Position numbers and translations under genes: made by a program. The notes under the pieces were generated by a model that was not told the origin of the DNA, searched no databases, and worked only from the letters and a program-made list of their open reading frames with translations. From positions 4,677-57,518 of the forward strand of contig JAPYQM010000011.1 of assembly GCA_029941235.1 (NCBI GenBank): a DNA stretch of 52,842 bases, read 5' to 3'. The number at the start of each line of letters is the position of its first letter. Position 1 is the stretch's first letter. Below, in pieces: positions 1 through 11,614 of the stretch. Source of the stretch: Myxococcota bacterium (GTDB lineage: Bacteria; Myxococcota_A; UBA9160; UBA4427).

Positions 1-1
1 C

Positions 2-1378
2 TCAAATCAAGGCCTCTACGCGTTCCCTCACGTAGGCGACCACTCCCTCCAGCGGCACACGAGCCTGCTCCATGGTGTCGCGCTCTCGCACGGTGACTTT
101 CCCGTCGTCTTCAGAATCAAAGTCATACGTCACACAGAAAGGCGTCCCTACCTCATCCTGCCGGCGATATCGGCGCCCGATATTTCCGGCGTCGTCATAG
201 AAAGCGTTCATCGTTCGGCTCAGGTCAGCATGAAGCGCGCGGGCGGGCTCGGCAAGCTTCTTTGATAGCGGAAGTACAGCTGCCTTTATCGGGGCGATGG
301 CGGGTGAGAGCCGCATGACGTTTCGAGTCTCTCCGCCCTCGACATCCTCCTCCGTGTAGGCATTCACCAGAAGTGCAAGGCATGTCCTGTCAACGCCCAT
401 GGACGTCTCAACCACCATGGGGGTATACCGCTCCTTCGTTTCTTCATCGGTAACCATGAGATTCTTGCCCGAGAATTCGCTGTGCCGGGAAAGATCCCAA
501 TCGCCCCGATCGTGAACGCCTTCAATCTCCTGCCAGCCGAATGGAAAGAGAAATTCCACATCTTCCGCCGCGTTCGCGTAGTGGGCCAGTTCGTCGGGGG
601 CATGCGGGCGAAAACGGAGGTTGCCAGCATCGAAGCCGATATCCAAATGGAAGCGCATACGTTCTTCGCGCCAAGCTTCGAACCACTCTTCGCGCCCGGA
701 CGGGTGGCAGAAGAATTCCATTTCCGCCTGCTCAAACTCACGCGAGCGGAACGTGAAATTGCGCGGAGTGATCTCGTTCCGAAAGGCCTTGCCGATTTGC
801 GCGATGCCAAAAGGAATCTTCTGGCGCGCCGACTCGCGAACCCGCTTGAAGTCGGTGAAGATGGGCTGACACGTCTCCGGACGCAGGTAGGCGGTCATCT
901 GCGCCTCCACCGAAGCACCGATTTGAGTCTGAAGCATCAGGTTGAAGTCCCGGGCCTCGGTCAGATCACAGTCGGAAAGCGCCCTTTTTTTCGGCGCCTC
1001 GGGACACCTTTCGCCCTCGATCTGGTCCGCTCGGAACCGCCTCTTGCAGGTGCGGCAGTCCACCATGGGATCGCTGAAATGCTCCACATGGCCCGACGCC
1101 TCCCATGCTCGCGGATGGCTGATGATGGCGCTGTCGATTCCCACCACATCGGTGCGTTGGCGGACCATTCGCTGCCACCAAGCGGCCTTCAGATTGTTTT
1201 TGAGTTCCACGCCGAGGGGCCCGTAGTCCCAAAAGCCGTTAATGCCGCCATAGACCTCGCTCGACGGAAAGATGAAGCCACGACTGGCGCAGAGTGCCAC
1301 CAGGGTTTCCATGGCCAGCGGATGACGTTCTTCGGCGCGAGGATCGTTCGCAGGTTGGACATCTTCTTGATTCGACAT
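2..1378 (-). CDS. glyQS: Glycine--tRNA ligase, homodimeric (alpha2) type
   Basis: Class II motifs: GFWDYGPLG, YLRPETCQ, FRNEITPRNFTFRSREFEQAEMEFF, anticodon-domain GNIGRRYRRQDEVGTP. Start uncertain (GTG 1396, ATG 1378 or later). Confidence 0.96.
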   Translation of the reverse strand: MSNQEDVQPANDPRAEERHPLAMETLVALCASRGFIFPSSEVYGGINGFWDYGPLGVELKNNLKAAWWQRMVRQRTDVVGIDSAIISHPRAWEASGHVEHFSDPMVDCRTCKRRFRADQIEGERCPEAPKKRALSDCDLTEARDFNLMLQTQIGASVEAQMTAYLRPETCQPIFTDFKRVRESARQKIPFGIAQIGKAFRNEITPRNFTFRSREFEQAEMEFFCHPSGREEWFEAWREERMRFHLDIGFDAGNLRFRPHAPDELAHYANAAEDVEFLFPFGWQEIEGVHDRGDWDLSRHSEFSGKNLMVTDEETKERYTPMVVETSMGVDRTCLALLVNAYTEEDVEGGETRNVMRLSPAIAPIKAAVLPLSKKLAEPARALHADLSRTMNAFYDDAGNIGRRYRRQDEVGTPFCVTYDFDSEDDGKVTVRERDTMEQARVPLEGVVAYVRERVEALI

Positions 1379-1535
1379 GGTCGTCGTAGGGCTCACTCGG
1401 CCGCGCTGGGCACGGCATCCGGCTAATTTTCCGGCCTAAGAGGAAAACACAAAAACAGCGGGCGATCTGGAAGAACCGCTAATTTTGGACTCGAGGAGAG
1501 GTCTCCGCAAATCCCCGCAGCCAGGGAGTATCCGT

Positions 1536-2327
1536 CTACGGAGTCGCCGCTGTCAAGCGACCCCCGGACAAGCTCTCCTCCAGGAATCGCTCGCTCTTCA
1601 GTTCGAAACCCAGGTGAAAGCGGTGAAAACGGAAGAGGATCTCCTGGGCCTCTTCGATGGCCTGGGTGCTGAGCTGCAATCGGCCCAGCTGGCCGATTTC
1701 CGAGTCGAGACTCTTCGCCAGTGCCCTCAGGGTGCCAAGATGGACCGTCACGATTCCCGCTCTCCCGTCGGTACCGTGGGCCTCGCAAATTATGCCGCCA
1801 TCGGCCACATGGAAGCCGACCTGCCCCGTCCGAGGCTCGGCCCCGCAGCGAACGCAGTTTGCGAGCCCCGGGCGCAGCCCCAGAGCATCGAAGGCACGGA
1901 GTTCAAAGAAGAGCCGTAAGCGGGGATCGGGAAATTCGACGGCCAGGGCCCCCAGTGCCGACAACGCGAAGTCAAAGAGTCGGCGGGTATCCGCTCGGGC
2001 TCCATCCTCGGGCGCCATCCGATCCATCAATTCAATCAAGTAGCTCGCCAGCGCATAGCGAACCGGGTTCTCCCGCAAGGGGATAAAGGGCGAAATCAAT
2101 GCGGCCTGCTCGAGAAACCCCAACCCGCTCAGCTTCTTGCGGGATACCCGAACGCGCAGGTGGTTGAAGAGATCCAGCGAACCCGGGAAGCGTTTCTGGC
2201 TCTTCCGCGCGTGCTTGGCGACCACCGTCATCCGCCCCACGTCGGGCAGAAGCAGGTGAGCGATCAGATCCGACTCCCCGTAATCGACCGCGCGCAATAC
2301 GATCGCCTCACCCTCGATCACCGCCAT
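1536..2327 (-). CDS. recO: DNA repair protein RecO
   Basis: N-terminal AIVLRAVDYGESDLI and ARKSQKRF; Zn-site CVRCG and GGIICEAH. Confidence 0.93.
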   Translation of the reverse strand: MAVIEGEAIVLRAVDYGESDLIAHLLLPDVGRMTVVAKHARKSQKRFPGSLDLFNHLRVRVSRKKLSGLGFLEQAALISPFIPLRENPVRYALASYLIELMDRMAPEDGARADTRRLFDFALSALGALAVEFPDPRLRLFFELRAFDALGLRPGLANCVRCGAEPRTGQVGFHVADGGIICEAHGTDGRAGIVTVHLGTLRALAKSLDSEIGQLGRLQLSTQAIEEAQEILFRFHRFHLGFELKSERFLEESLSGGRLTAATP

Positions 2328-2336
2328 ATGACGATT

Positions 2337-2858
2337 TTAGTCGGTCGTATTGGATTCGCCCGCCGAATTCGGCGGCCGGAGCACCGGGAGCGCAACGAGG
2401 GCGGGCTCCACCGGAGACTCGGCCAGCGCCCGGACCGGATCTCGACGAAAAACCACCCCCTGGTCGACATCCGCCGAGGACCGGGACTGTCGGGTAGACA
2501 CCTGCTGGATGACGAACAGGAGGGCTCCCAACAGACTCACCACGGCCAAACCCACAACAGCACCGACGACGCGACGCTTCAGATTGACAAGCCGACCCTC
2601 CTCGGGCTCGGGTTCCGAGTGCATCCGAGAGAGGGTGTCCTCGGCGTCCAGCCCCAGGCTCTCGGACACGGTTCGCACGAATCCCTTGACGAAACCATCC
2701 ACCTGGCCGTCAAAGAAACCGGCTTCCAGCCGTTCGATCGACCGCACCGGGACCCTCGTCAGCTGGGCAAGTTCTTCTACACTGATCTCACGCAACTCCC
2801 GCTGCCAGCGCAAGTAGCTGCCAATGGCCTGGCTCTCCACCCTATCTGATCGAGTCAC
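2337..2858 (-). CDS. RodZ-like HTH membrane protein (N-terminal HTH, one TM helix, short C-terminus)
   Basis: IGSYLRWQRELREISVEELAQLTRVPVRSIERLEAG...FVKGFVRTVSESLGLD matches the RodZ-type HTH; hydrophobic helix VVGAVVGLAVVSLLGALLFVI. Confidence 0.8.
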   Translation of the reverse strand: MTRSDRVESQAIGSYLRWQRELREISVEELAQLTRVPVRSIERLEAGFFDGQVDGFVKGFVRTVSESLGLDAEDTLSRMHSEPEPEEGRLVNLKRRVVGAVVGLAVVSLLGALLFVIQQVSTRQSRSSADVDQGVVFRRDPVRALAESPVEPALVALPVLRPPNSAGESNTTD

Positions 2859-2868
2859 GCGCGAAATC

Positions 2869-3714
2869 CTAGAGCAGCATTTCCAGATAGGAATGGGATT
2901 TTCCTCCCGATTCGCTTTCCGGAGCCTTTTCGTTCGAGGACTTGAAGTGCAGAACGGCCTTGTCCCTGCGACCCAGCGTCATATAGATCTCGCCGATCCG
3001 AAAGTGGGCCTCGGCTTGGGCTGCCAGAGACATCTGTTTGGAGTCCGTGACCAGGTCCAACTGGTGAATTGAGTCGAGCCAGCGACCCTGCTCCTGGTCG
3101 AGAATTCCAAGATTAAAATGGGCCACGGCGTAATCGGAGCGGAAATCCAGCGCCTCTTCGTAGCTGGACCGTGCCTCCCCGAACTGCCCCGATTTGTACT
3201 GGGCCCACCCCCGATTGGTGAGCGCAATCCAGGGCGACGCGTAGGTGGGATCGTCGATCAAAATCTGACAGAGGACCTCGGCGTCCGGATACTGTTCCAA
3301 CTGGATATACACCGCGGCGAGGGTGAGCGTCGCGTTCTGGCGATCCTGTGACTGGGGATCCGGGTCGGTCTCCAGCGCGAGCAGGAGGTTGATTTCCGCC
3401 TCGGCGAGCAGGCCCTTGCTCCGATACGCCTCCCCGAGGCCGGCATAGGTCTTCGGATCGTTGGGATTTTGACGTTGCGCCTCTTGAAGGGTCCGAATCG
3501 CCATGGCGTAGTTGCCCTGGCGCATGGAGTCCAGTCCCACATCGCGAACCGCCGCCGCCAAGCCCACCGGATCGACCTCGCGCTCCGAACTCACCGTGGT
3601 GAGGCAGCCCGAGAGCAGACCAGAGAGCACCCCGAAACACACGAGCCAGCCCACGATGAACCGTCGATGTACAAAAATTTGGCCCCTGCCCACCCCGCCC
3701 ACTTCCTCTCGCAT
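2869..3714 (-). CDS. TPR lipoprotein, Tgl/PilF(PilW)-like pilotin candidate
   Basis: Lipobox LSGC, tandem TPRs, DPTYASPWIALTNRGW resembles the PilF/Tgl segment; lies upstream of a RodZ-like gene. Start trimmed to ATG 3714. Confidence 0.72.
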   Translation of the reverse strand: MREEVGGVGRGQIFVHRRFIVGWLVCFGVLSGLLSGCLTTVSSEREVDPVGLAAAVRDVGLDSMRQGNYAMAIRTLQEAQRQNPNDPKTYAGLGEAYRSKGLLAEAEINLLLALETDPDPQSQDRQNATLTLAAVYIQLEQYPDAEVLCQILIDDPTYASPWIALTNRGWAQYKSGQFGEARSSYEEALDFRSDYAVAHFNLGILDQEQGRWLDSIHQLDLVTDSKQMSLAAQAEAHFRIGEIYMTLGRRDKAVLHFKSSNEKAPESESGGKSHSYLEMLL

Positions 3715-4170
3715 GCGCCCCCCTGATGTGGGTCGAGTTCTGATTGGCCCGCCCGCGCCAGAATCTAGCGGCTCACCGGACCGATGCGTCGAGTCCGATC
3801 GTCTTCGCCCCAGTGATTCATCGCGCCGGACAGGCCGATTCCTCCGATTCCCCACCGGCCTCACCCGTCCGCCTCGATCCCTCGGGGAGTGGACCGAGCC
3901 ATCTCGCAGATGCCAGCCGCAAACTACCAAGAAGGAAAACAAATCGACTTCACGAAAGTCGAATAAAGAACCTCGACGGGGCTTTCGCGCCCCGGACCGG
4001 GGGATACACTTCCGCGAATCGAATTCATCTGCCCAGGGTCAATCGCGTAGGGAGCCATGTACGCCCGGGAAAGAGTTGAGAACGGAAACGAACAGGCCAA
4101 AGGAACTCTCCAGCCAGATCCATTTGGACCCGATGAAAGATGAGAAAGGTCTAGGAGACCTGATCCGGAA

Positions 4171-6009
4171 ATGACAACGAAATCCATTCGGAAGCTCGAT
4201 GACGTCGCGATTCGGTTTGCCGGTGACTCCGGCGACGGCATGCAACTAACGGGCACTAAGTTCACCGACGAAACCGCATTGGCGGGGAACGACCTCTCGA
4301 CATATCCGGATTTTCCCGCCGAAATAAGGGCTCCTGCGGGAACCATGGCCGGTGTCTCGGGATTCCAGATTCATTTTTCGTCTCGCGATATCCACACGCC
4401 AGCGGACAAGGTCGATCTGCTTGTCGCATTCAATCCCGCCGCGTTGCGCGCCAATGTCGAAGACGTTCGCTCTCAGGGTATGGTGATCATCAACAGCGAT
4501 GCGTTCTCAAAGAAGAGCCTCGTACGCGCTGGCTATACCGAAGATCCCCGGGGCGACCTTGCCACTCGGTTCAATCTTGTCGAAATCCCGCTGACGAACT
4601 TGAATCGCGAAGCCCTCCACGGACTCTCGATCAGCCAACGCGAAGTCGACCGCTGCAAAAATTTCTTTGCCTTGGGACTGCTTTGCTGGCTCTACGGTCG
4701 ACCCATGGAAGCCACAGAGCGATGGCTAACGGGAAAATTCACAGGCGATGTTCGTGAGGGCAATCTGCGTACCCTCAAAGCGGGTCATGCCTTCGGCGAA
4801 ACCACCGAGCTCTTCCCTACTCACTACACGATTCCTTCGGCCAAGATCGAGGCGGGCACTTACCGAAACATCACCGGGAATACCGCCCTCGCCTGGGGAA
4901 TCGTCGCTGCCGGGGAGCAGATGAACAACCCGGTCTTTCTGGGTGCCTACCCGATTACACCCGCGAGCGAGGTTCTACACGAGGTGGCGCGGCATCGACA
5001 TTTTGGAGTCAAGACCTTCCAGGCCGAAGACGAGATCGCCGCAGCCAGCGCGACCATCGGCGCAGCCTTCGCGGGCCAACTCGCCGTAACCATTTCAAGC
5101 GGCCCAGGGTTCGTGCTGAAGCAGGAAGCTATTGGCCTCGCAGTGATGGTCGAACTACCCCTAGTTGCCATCAACATCCAGCGGGCGGGCCCGGCCACGG
5201 GCTCCCCCACAAAAACCGAACAGGGGGACTTGCTCGCGGCAATTTTTGGCCGGCATTCCCAGAGTCCTGTACCGCTGCTGGCGCCTTCGACGCCCGGAGA
5301 TTGTTTTCACACGGTGATCGAGGCCTTCAAGATCGCGGTGGAGTTCATGACGCCTGTGATCGTGCTCTCTGACGGATACCTCGCCAACAGTGCCGAGCCC
5401 TGGAAAATTCCCGAGGTCGAGTCGCTCACGCGAAAGCAAATCGTTTTCGCGACCCCTGACGGGGATTCAAAATTTGAGCCCTACCGCCGTGACCCTGATA
5501 CTCTCGCCCGGCCTTGGGCGATTCCTGGAACTCCTGGACTCGAGCACCGGATCGGCGGACTCACCAAGGAAGATATCACGGGCAACGTGGTCTACGGCCC
5601 GAACAACCATCAGCGTATGGTGGATCTACGAGCAGAAAAGATCGCGCGAATTGCGAACATCATTCCTCCCGCAGAAGTCGAAGGCCCGGACAGTGGCGAA
5701 CTTCTGGTCATCGGTTGGGGGGGTACCCGGGGAGCGATCACTGCGGCCGTCGAAGAAATCGAGGCAAGCGGGCAAATAGTCTCCCAGGTCCATATTCGGC
5801 ACCTCAATCCGTTCCCGACCAACCTTGGGGATGTGCTCAAGCGCTTCGAACAGGTCCTGTGCCCCGAACTCAACGAAGGCCAATTGGCCCTCTTGCTCAG
5901 GTCGCGTTATCTGGTCGATGTCAAATCATTCTCGAAGATTGCCGGGCAGCCTTTCAAGGTTGGCGAGATCTCCGATAAAATCCGAGAACTCCTAGCTGTG
6001 AAAGGCTGA
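4171..6009 (+). CDS. korA: 2-oxoacid:ferredoxin oxidoreductase subunit alpha (fused gamma-alpha)
   Basis: RFAGDSGDGMQLTG, AYPITPAS, QAEDEIAA, SGPG, TKTEQGDL, GLEHRIGGL. Confidence 0.93.
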   Translation: MTTKSIRKLDDVAIRFAGDSGDGMQLTGTKFTDETALAGNDLSTYPDFPAEIRAPAGTMAGVSGFQIHFSSRDIHTPADKVDLLVAFNPAALRANVEDVRSQGMVIINSDAFSKKSLVRAGYTEDPRGDLATRFNLVEIPLTNLNREALHGLSISQREVDRCKNFFALGLLCWLYGRPMEATERWLTGKFTGDVREGNLRTLKAGHAFGETTELFPTHYTIPSAKIEAGTYRNITGNTALAWGIVAAGEQMNNPVFLGAYPITPASEVLHEVARHRHFGVKTFQAEDEIAAASATIGAAFAGQLAVTISSGPGFVLKQEAIGLAVMVELPLVAINIQRAGPATGSPTKTEQGDLLAAIFGRHSQSPVPLLAPSTPGDCFHTVIEAFKIAVEFMTPVIVLSDGYLANSAEPWKIPEVESLTRKQIVFATPDGDSKFEPYRRDPDTLARPWAIPGTPGLEHRIGGLTKEDITGNVVYGPNNHQRMVDLRAEKIARIANIIPPAEVEGPDSGELLVIGWGGTRGAITAAVEEIEASGQIVSQVHIRHLNPFPTNLGDVLKRFEQVLCPELNEGQLALLLRSRYLVDVKSFSKIAGQPFKVGEISDKIRELLAVKG

Positions 6010-6013
6010 TCAA

Positions 6014-7042
6014 TTGTCCGCAGAAACCACTCCCCGACTCAGCCGTAAGGATTTCGTGGCCGACCAGGACGTCCGCTGGTGCCCCGGTTGTGGCGACTAC
6101 TCGATCCTCGCCAACGTGCAGCGCGTCATGCCCGACCTCGGCGTACGTCGGGAGAATATCGTATTCGTCTCAGGCATCGGTTGCTCGAGTCGTTTCCCGT
6201 ACTACATGAACACCTACGGATTTCACACCATTCATGGACGAGCTCCAGCATTCGCCACCGGGGCCAAAGCGGCAAATCCTGATCTCTCGGTCTGGGTTGT
6301 TACGGGAGACGGTGACGGGTTATCGATTGGCGGCAATCACCTCTTGCACGCCATTCGTCGCAACCTCGATGTTCAGATCCTGCTCTTCAACAACCGGGTC
6401 TACGGCCTGACCAAGGGGCAATACTCCCCCACATCGGAATTGGGGATGCAGACCAAGTCATCGCCCAACGGCTCGATCGATCATCCCATCGATCCGATTT
6501 CATTCGCCCTGGGATGTGGGGCCACGTTCGTGGCTCGCACCATTGATGTGGATGCTCCCCATTTGCAGCACATATTGCGGCGCGCCCACCAGCACAAGGG
6601 CACGGCCTTCGTCGAAATCCTCCAGAATTGTCCTGTCTTCAACGACGGGATCTTTTCGGAAGTCGAGGACCGAAAGACCCGGTCGGAATCGGCCCTGGTG
6701 CTAGAGCACGGAAAGCCTTTGACGTTCGGCTCGGCGGGCAAACTCAAGGGAATCAGCCTCGACAATGGTGTCCCCAAAGTCGTAGACCTGCGGGACGAAG
6801 ATGATCCCGTCGAACGCGGGGTCGTAGTCCACGACGAAAGCCATGAAATGCGTTCCTACGCCTCTGCGCTCGCCACACTGAAACGACCGGATTTCCCGGT
6901 TCCCGTCGGTGTGATTCGCGAGGTCGAGAAAGCCTGCTACGAAGATTTGCTCCAGGACCAAGTCACCAAGGCAATCGAGCAGAATGGGCGCGGGGACCTC
7001 AAAGCGCTCCTTCACTCCGGCGACACCTGGGAAGTCAGCTAG
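6014..7042 (+). CDS. korB: 2-oxoacid:ferredoxin oxidoreductase subunit beta
   Basis: [18 protein letters not shown]-binding GDGDG...[13 protein letters not shown]. Confidence 0.93.
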   Translation: MSAETTPRLSRKDFVADQDVRWCPGCGDYSILANVQRVMPDLGVRRENIVFVSGIGCSSRFPYYMNTYGFHTIHGRAPAFATGAKAANPDLSVWVVTGDGDGLSIGGNHLLHAIRRNLDVQILLFNNRVYGLTKGQYSPTSELGMQTKSSPNGSIDHPIDPISFALGCGATFVARTIDVDAPHLQHILRRAHQHKGTAFVEILQNCPVFNDGIFSEVEDRKTRSESALVLEHGKPLTFGSAGKLKGISLDNGVPKVVDLRDEDDPVERGVVVHDESHEMRSYASALATLKRPDFPVPVGVIREVEKACYEDLLQDQVTKAIEQNGRGDLKALLHSGDTWEVS

Positions 7043-7914
7043 GCGAGTTCAGGCGCCGCCTTGGCGAAGGTTTCGCCAATCAGCGCAGGCGATTCGGCCA
7101 CAGCGACTCCGTTGGCTTCAAGGGCTGCGATCTTGTCGCTCGCCTTGCCCTTCCCGCCGGCGATAATCGCTCCGGCATGGCCCATGCGTTTGCCCGCAGG
7201 CGCGTTTTGGCCGGCGATGAATGCGGCAACTGGCTTCGTCATGTTGGACTTGACGAATTCTGCAGCTTCCTCCTCAGCGGATCCTCCGATTTCACCGATC
7301 ATCACAACGCCCTTCGTCTCCGGATCGGCCTCAAAGAGCGTCAGCGCATCGATAAAATTGGTTCCGATCACCGGGTCGCCACCAATCCCGAGACAGGTGG
7401 ACTGCCCGATTCCCAACCGAGAGAGTTGATCCACGGCCTCGTAGGTCAGGGTGCCCGATCGAGAAACCACGCCCACAGGACCGGGCATGGTGATCTGGGC
7501 AGGCATAATCCCGATCCGACATTGTCCGGGTGTCACGATTCCCGGACAATTCGGCCCAACGAGTCGCATAGAGGACCCTGCCAATGCGCTCTTGGCGCGC
7601 GCCATGTCGAGAACAGGAATTCCCTCGGTGATACACACCGCGAGCCCAATACCGGCATCTGCGGCTTCAAGAATCGCGTCAGCGGCACCCGGAGGCGGCA
7701 CGAAGATCACCGACGCTTTGGCCCCCGTCGCGCGTACGGCCTGGGCGACAGAGTTGAAAACAGGGATGCCTGCGATTTCCTGGCCCCCCTTCCCTGGCGC
7801 CACACCACCGACCACCTGCGTCCCGTACTCCAGGGAAAGATTCGCGTGGAACTGACCCATCCGGCCCATCCCTTGCACGATCAACTTCGTATTTTTGTCG
7901 CAAAGAATCGCCAT
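7039..7914 (-). CDS. sucD: Succinate--CoA ligase alpha subunit
   Basis: [28 protein letters not shown], phospho-His motif RMGHAGA. Confidence 0.96.
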   Translation of the reverse strand: MAILCDKNTKLIVQGMGRMGQFHANLSLEYGTQVVGGVAPGKGGQEIAGIPVFNSVAQAVRATGAKASVIFVPPPGAADAILEAADAGIGLAVCITEGIPVLDMARAKSALAGSSMRLVGPNCPGIVTPGQCRIGIMPAQITMPGPVGVVSRSGTLTYEAVDQLSRLGIGQSTCLGIGGDPVIGTNFIDALTLFEADPETKGVVMIGEIGGSAEEEAAEFVKSNMTKPVAAFIAGQNAPAGKRMGHAGAIIAGGKGKASDKIAALEANGVAVAESPALIGETFAKAAPELA

Positions 7915-7917
7915 GAT

Positions 7918-9090
7918 TCAGGCCACGCCTCCCTTTGCGGCAGCAACTGCCAATTCACCCGCCTCTTGAAGTGTCTCGGCCGGAGTTATATCCAAACCCG
8001 AGTCCGCAAGAATCGCGCGGCCCTCCGCGGCCATGGTGCCCTGCAGTCGAACGACTAAAGGAACCGAAAGCTTCAATTCTTTCGCGGCAGATGTCACGCC
8101 ATCAGCGATCAGATCGCACCGAACGATTCCGCCGAAAATATTGACTAGAATCGCGCGAACGTTCTCATCGCGAAGAATCAATTTAAAGGCCTCCTTCACC
8201 TTCTCCTTGTCGGCCCCTCCGCCTGCGTCCAGGAAGTTCGCTGGAGACCCGCCGCAGTAGTGAATCATGTCGAGGGTGGCCATAGCGAGCCCGGCACCAT
8301 TGACCATACAGCCAATATTTCCGTCCAGCCCCACGTAGGCGAGGTCAATCTCGTTCGCAGCCCGTTCTCGAGCGTCTTCCTCTTCGGCGTCTCGCAGTTC
8401 CGCGATTTCCGGATGCCGATACAGGGCGTTGTCGTCAAAGTTGATTTTTCCATCGAGAGCAATCAGATCGCCCTCCTCAGTCACCACCAGCGGGTTGATT
8501 TCTACCTGGCTGCAGTCCTTGGCGATGAAAAGATCAAAGAGCCTACGCACAAAGGAAACAAACTTGCTCACTTGCTCCGGGGGGAGGCCCAATTCAAAAC
8601 CCAAGGATCGACCCTGATGGTCCTGCAGACCCACGTTGGGTTCGACATGAACCGTATGAATTTTCTCGGGATGGGTGGCTGCGACTTCCTCGATTTCCAT
8701 GCCACCCTCGGTCGAGGCCACGATGGCAAAACGCTCGACAGATCGATCAAAAAGAATGGCGAGATAGAGTTCGTCGGCGATATCCGAGCCGGCCTCAACG
8801 TAGACCTTGCGAACGCACTTGCCTTCGGGCCCGGTCTGGGGGGTGTGCAGGGTCATTCCCAAGATTTCGCTGGCGGCGCGCTTGGCTTCTGCCGCTGACT
8901 TGGCCAGTTTCACACCGCCCGCCTTTCCCCGGCCACCTGCGTGGATCTGCGCTTTGACCACGACCACGGGGGTTCCCAGCGTTCGCGCGGCCTGCTCGGC
9001 CTCTGCGGGCGTGGTGGCCAGCAACCCCCTGGGCACGGGCACACCGAATTCGGCGAGCAGGGCCTTGGCCTGATATTCATGAACGTTCAT
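7918..9090 (-). CDS. sucC: Succinate--CoA ligase beta subunit
   Basis: MNVHEYQAK, KAQIHAGGRGKAGGV, MVNGAGLAMAT, NIFGGIVRCD. Confidence 0.97.
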   Translation of the reverse strand: MNVHEYQAKALLAEFGVPVPRGLLATTPAEAEQAARTLGTPVVVVKAQIHAGGRGKAGGVKLAKSAAEAKRAASEILGMTLHTPQTGPEGKCVRKVYVEAGSDIADELYLAILFDRSVERFAIVASTEGGMEIEEVAATHPEKIHTVHVEPNVGLQDHQGRSLGFELGLPPEQVSKFVSFVRRLFDLFIAKDCSQVEINPLVVTEEGDLIALDGKINFDDNALYRHPEIAELRDAEEEDARERAANEIDLAYVGLDGNIGCMVNGAGLAMATLDMIHYCGGSPANFLDAGGGADKEKVKEAFKLILRDENVRAILVNIFGGIVRCDLIADGVTSAAKELKLSVPLVVRLQGTMAAEGRAILADSGLDITPAETLQEAGELAVAAAKGGVA

Positions 9091-9144
9091 CGAAGCTTCC
9101 CCTCGATTGGAAAGTCAAATGGGTACCGAATGCGGCGTAAACGA

Positions 9145-10185
<1,041 letters not shown>

Positions 10186-11451
10186 TCAGGCGTTCTGGAT
10201 ATTTTTGATCAGGACGTCTGCGAAGCCACTGCAGGATACCTTGGTTGCGCCTTCCATCTGGCGATGAAAGTCGTAGGTGACCTGCTTCTGCTCTATGGCA
10301 GATTCGATGGCTCGCTCGATCAGTTCACCGGCCTCGATCCAACCGAGGTATTGAAACATCATCACACCCGACAAAATGACTGACCCCGGATTCACCTTGT
10401 CCTGATCCGCATATTTCGGCGCCGTGCCGTGAGTCGCTTCGAAGATCGCGGATGCAGTCCCGATATTGGCACCGGGCGCAATCCCCAGACCGCCAACCTG
10501 AGCCGCACAGGCGTCGGAAAGGTAGTCACCATTGAGGTTGGTCGTCGCGAGTACCTCGTATTCGTCGGGCCTCAGCAGCAGCTGCTGGAACATGGCGTCC
10601 GCGATGCGATCCTTGATCAAGATCCGACCAGCGGGAATCTTGCCATCGTGCTTTTCCCAGAGCTCGTCTTCGCTGATCGTCAGGTCGCCGAATTCATCCC
10701 GTGCGACCTCGTAGCCCCAATCACGAAACGCACCCTCGGTGTACTTCATGATATTGCCCTTATGGACCAGAGTCACGCTGCTGCGATCGTTGTCCCGGGC
10801 ATACTCGATGGCCATTTTCACCAGTCGCTTGCTGCCCGTCACGCTTATGGGTTTGACCCCGATTCCGGAATCCTTACGAACGTTCTTCGACATTTCCTCG
10901 TTCAAAAGGGAAATAATTCGCATCGCCTCAGCACTGCCCTGCTCGAAGTCGATTCCCGAGTAGACATCCTCGGTATTCTCCCTGAAGAGTACGATGTCGA
11001 GTTTCCCGGGCTCCTTCATGGGTGAGGGGACACCGTCGTACCAGCGGACCGGGCGCACGCACGCGTAAAGATCATGAATCTGCCTGAGAGCAACGTTGAT
11101 CGAGCGGATCCCACCGCCTACCGGTGTCGTGAGCGGCCCCTTGATCGCGATGCCGTATTCACGAATAGCCTGGTTGGTGTCCTCGGGAAGCCAAGTTCCT
11201 TCGCCGTAAATCGCGTTGGCCTTCTCCCCCGCGAAGATCTCATACCAAGCGATCTTGCGTTCGCCTTCGTAAGCCTTGTTCACGGCGGCATCAAACACGC
11301 GTACCGAAGCTGCCCAAATATCCGGACCGATTCCGTCCCCCTCGATGAAGGGAATAATGGGGTTCTGCGGAACGCGGAGTTCTCCGTCGGTTCCACGAGT
11401 AATCTTCTCGCCTTCGCTGGGGGTCTTGAGTTTGTCGTATGTCATCATCAT
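10186..11451 (-). CDS. icd: Isocitrate dehydrogenase, NADP-dependent (E. coli-like dimeric type)
   Basis: [36 protein letters not shown]-type HGTAPKYA and VTYDFHR. Confidence 0.96.
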   Translation of the reverse strand: MMMTYDKLKTPSEGEKITRGTDGELRVPQNPIIPFIEGDGIGPDIWAASVRVFDAAVNKAYEGERKIAWYEIFAGEKANAIYGEGTWLPEDTNQAIREYGIAIKGPLTTPVGGGIRSINVALRQIHDLYACVRPVRWYDGVPSPMKEPGKLDIVLFRENTEDVYSGIDFEQGSAEAMRIISLLNEEMSKNVRKDSGIGVKPISVTGSKRLVKMAIEYARDNDRSSVTLVHKGNIMKYTEGAFRDWGYEVARDEFGDLTISEDELWEKHDGKIPAGRILIKDRIADAMFQQLLLRPDEYEVLATTNLNGDYLSDACAAQVGGLGIAPGANIGTASAIFEATHGTAPKYADQDKVNPGSVILSGVMMFQYLGWIEAGELIERAIESAIEQKQVTYDFHRQMEGATKVSCSGFADVLIKNIQNA

Positions 11452-11614
11452 GGCGCCGATTTGTAAGGGATTCGCGCCCGTCCCGCCAACGGCGACACTC
11501 CTCTGCTCTATCTGGGCTGGGATGGGCGAACCCGCGAGTTCTTCCCGCGGGTCAAGTGTCCAGGGCTTTAGTCCTCAAACGCGACCCAGAGCCCTGGGAC
11601 CGCACGACTTACCT

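Noticed and set aside
1397..1500. T-box riboswitch upstream of glyQS (and GGGGTGGCAGG near the aspS start)
   Set aside because: No intact UGGNACC antiterminator bulge and no recognisable Stem I; the leaders are short.
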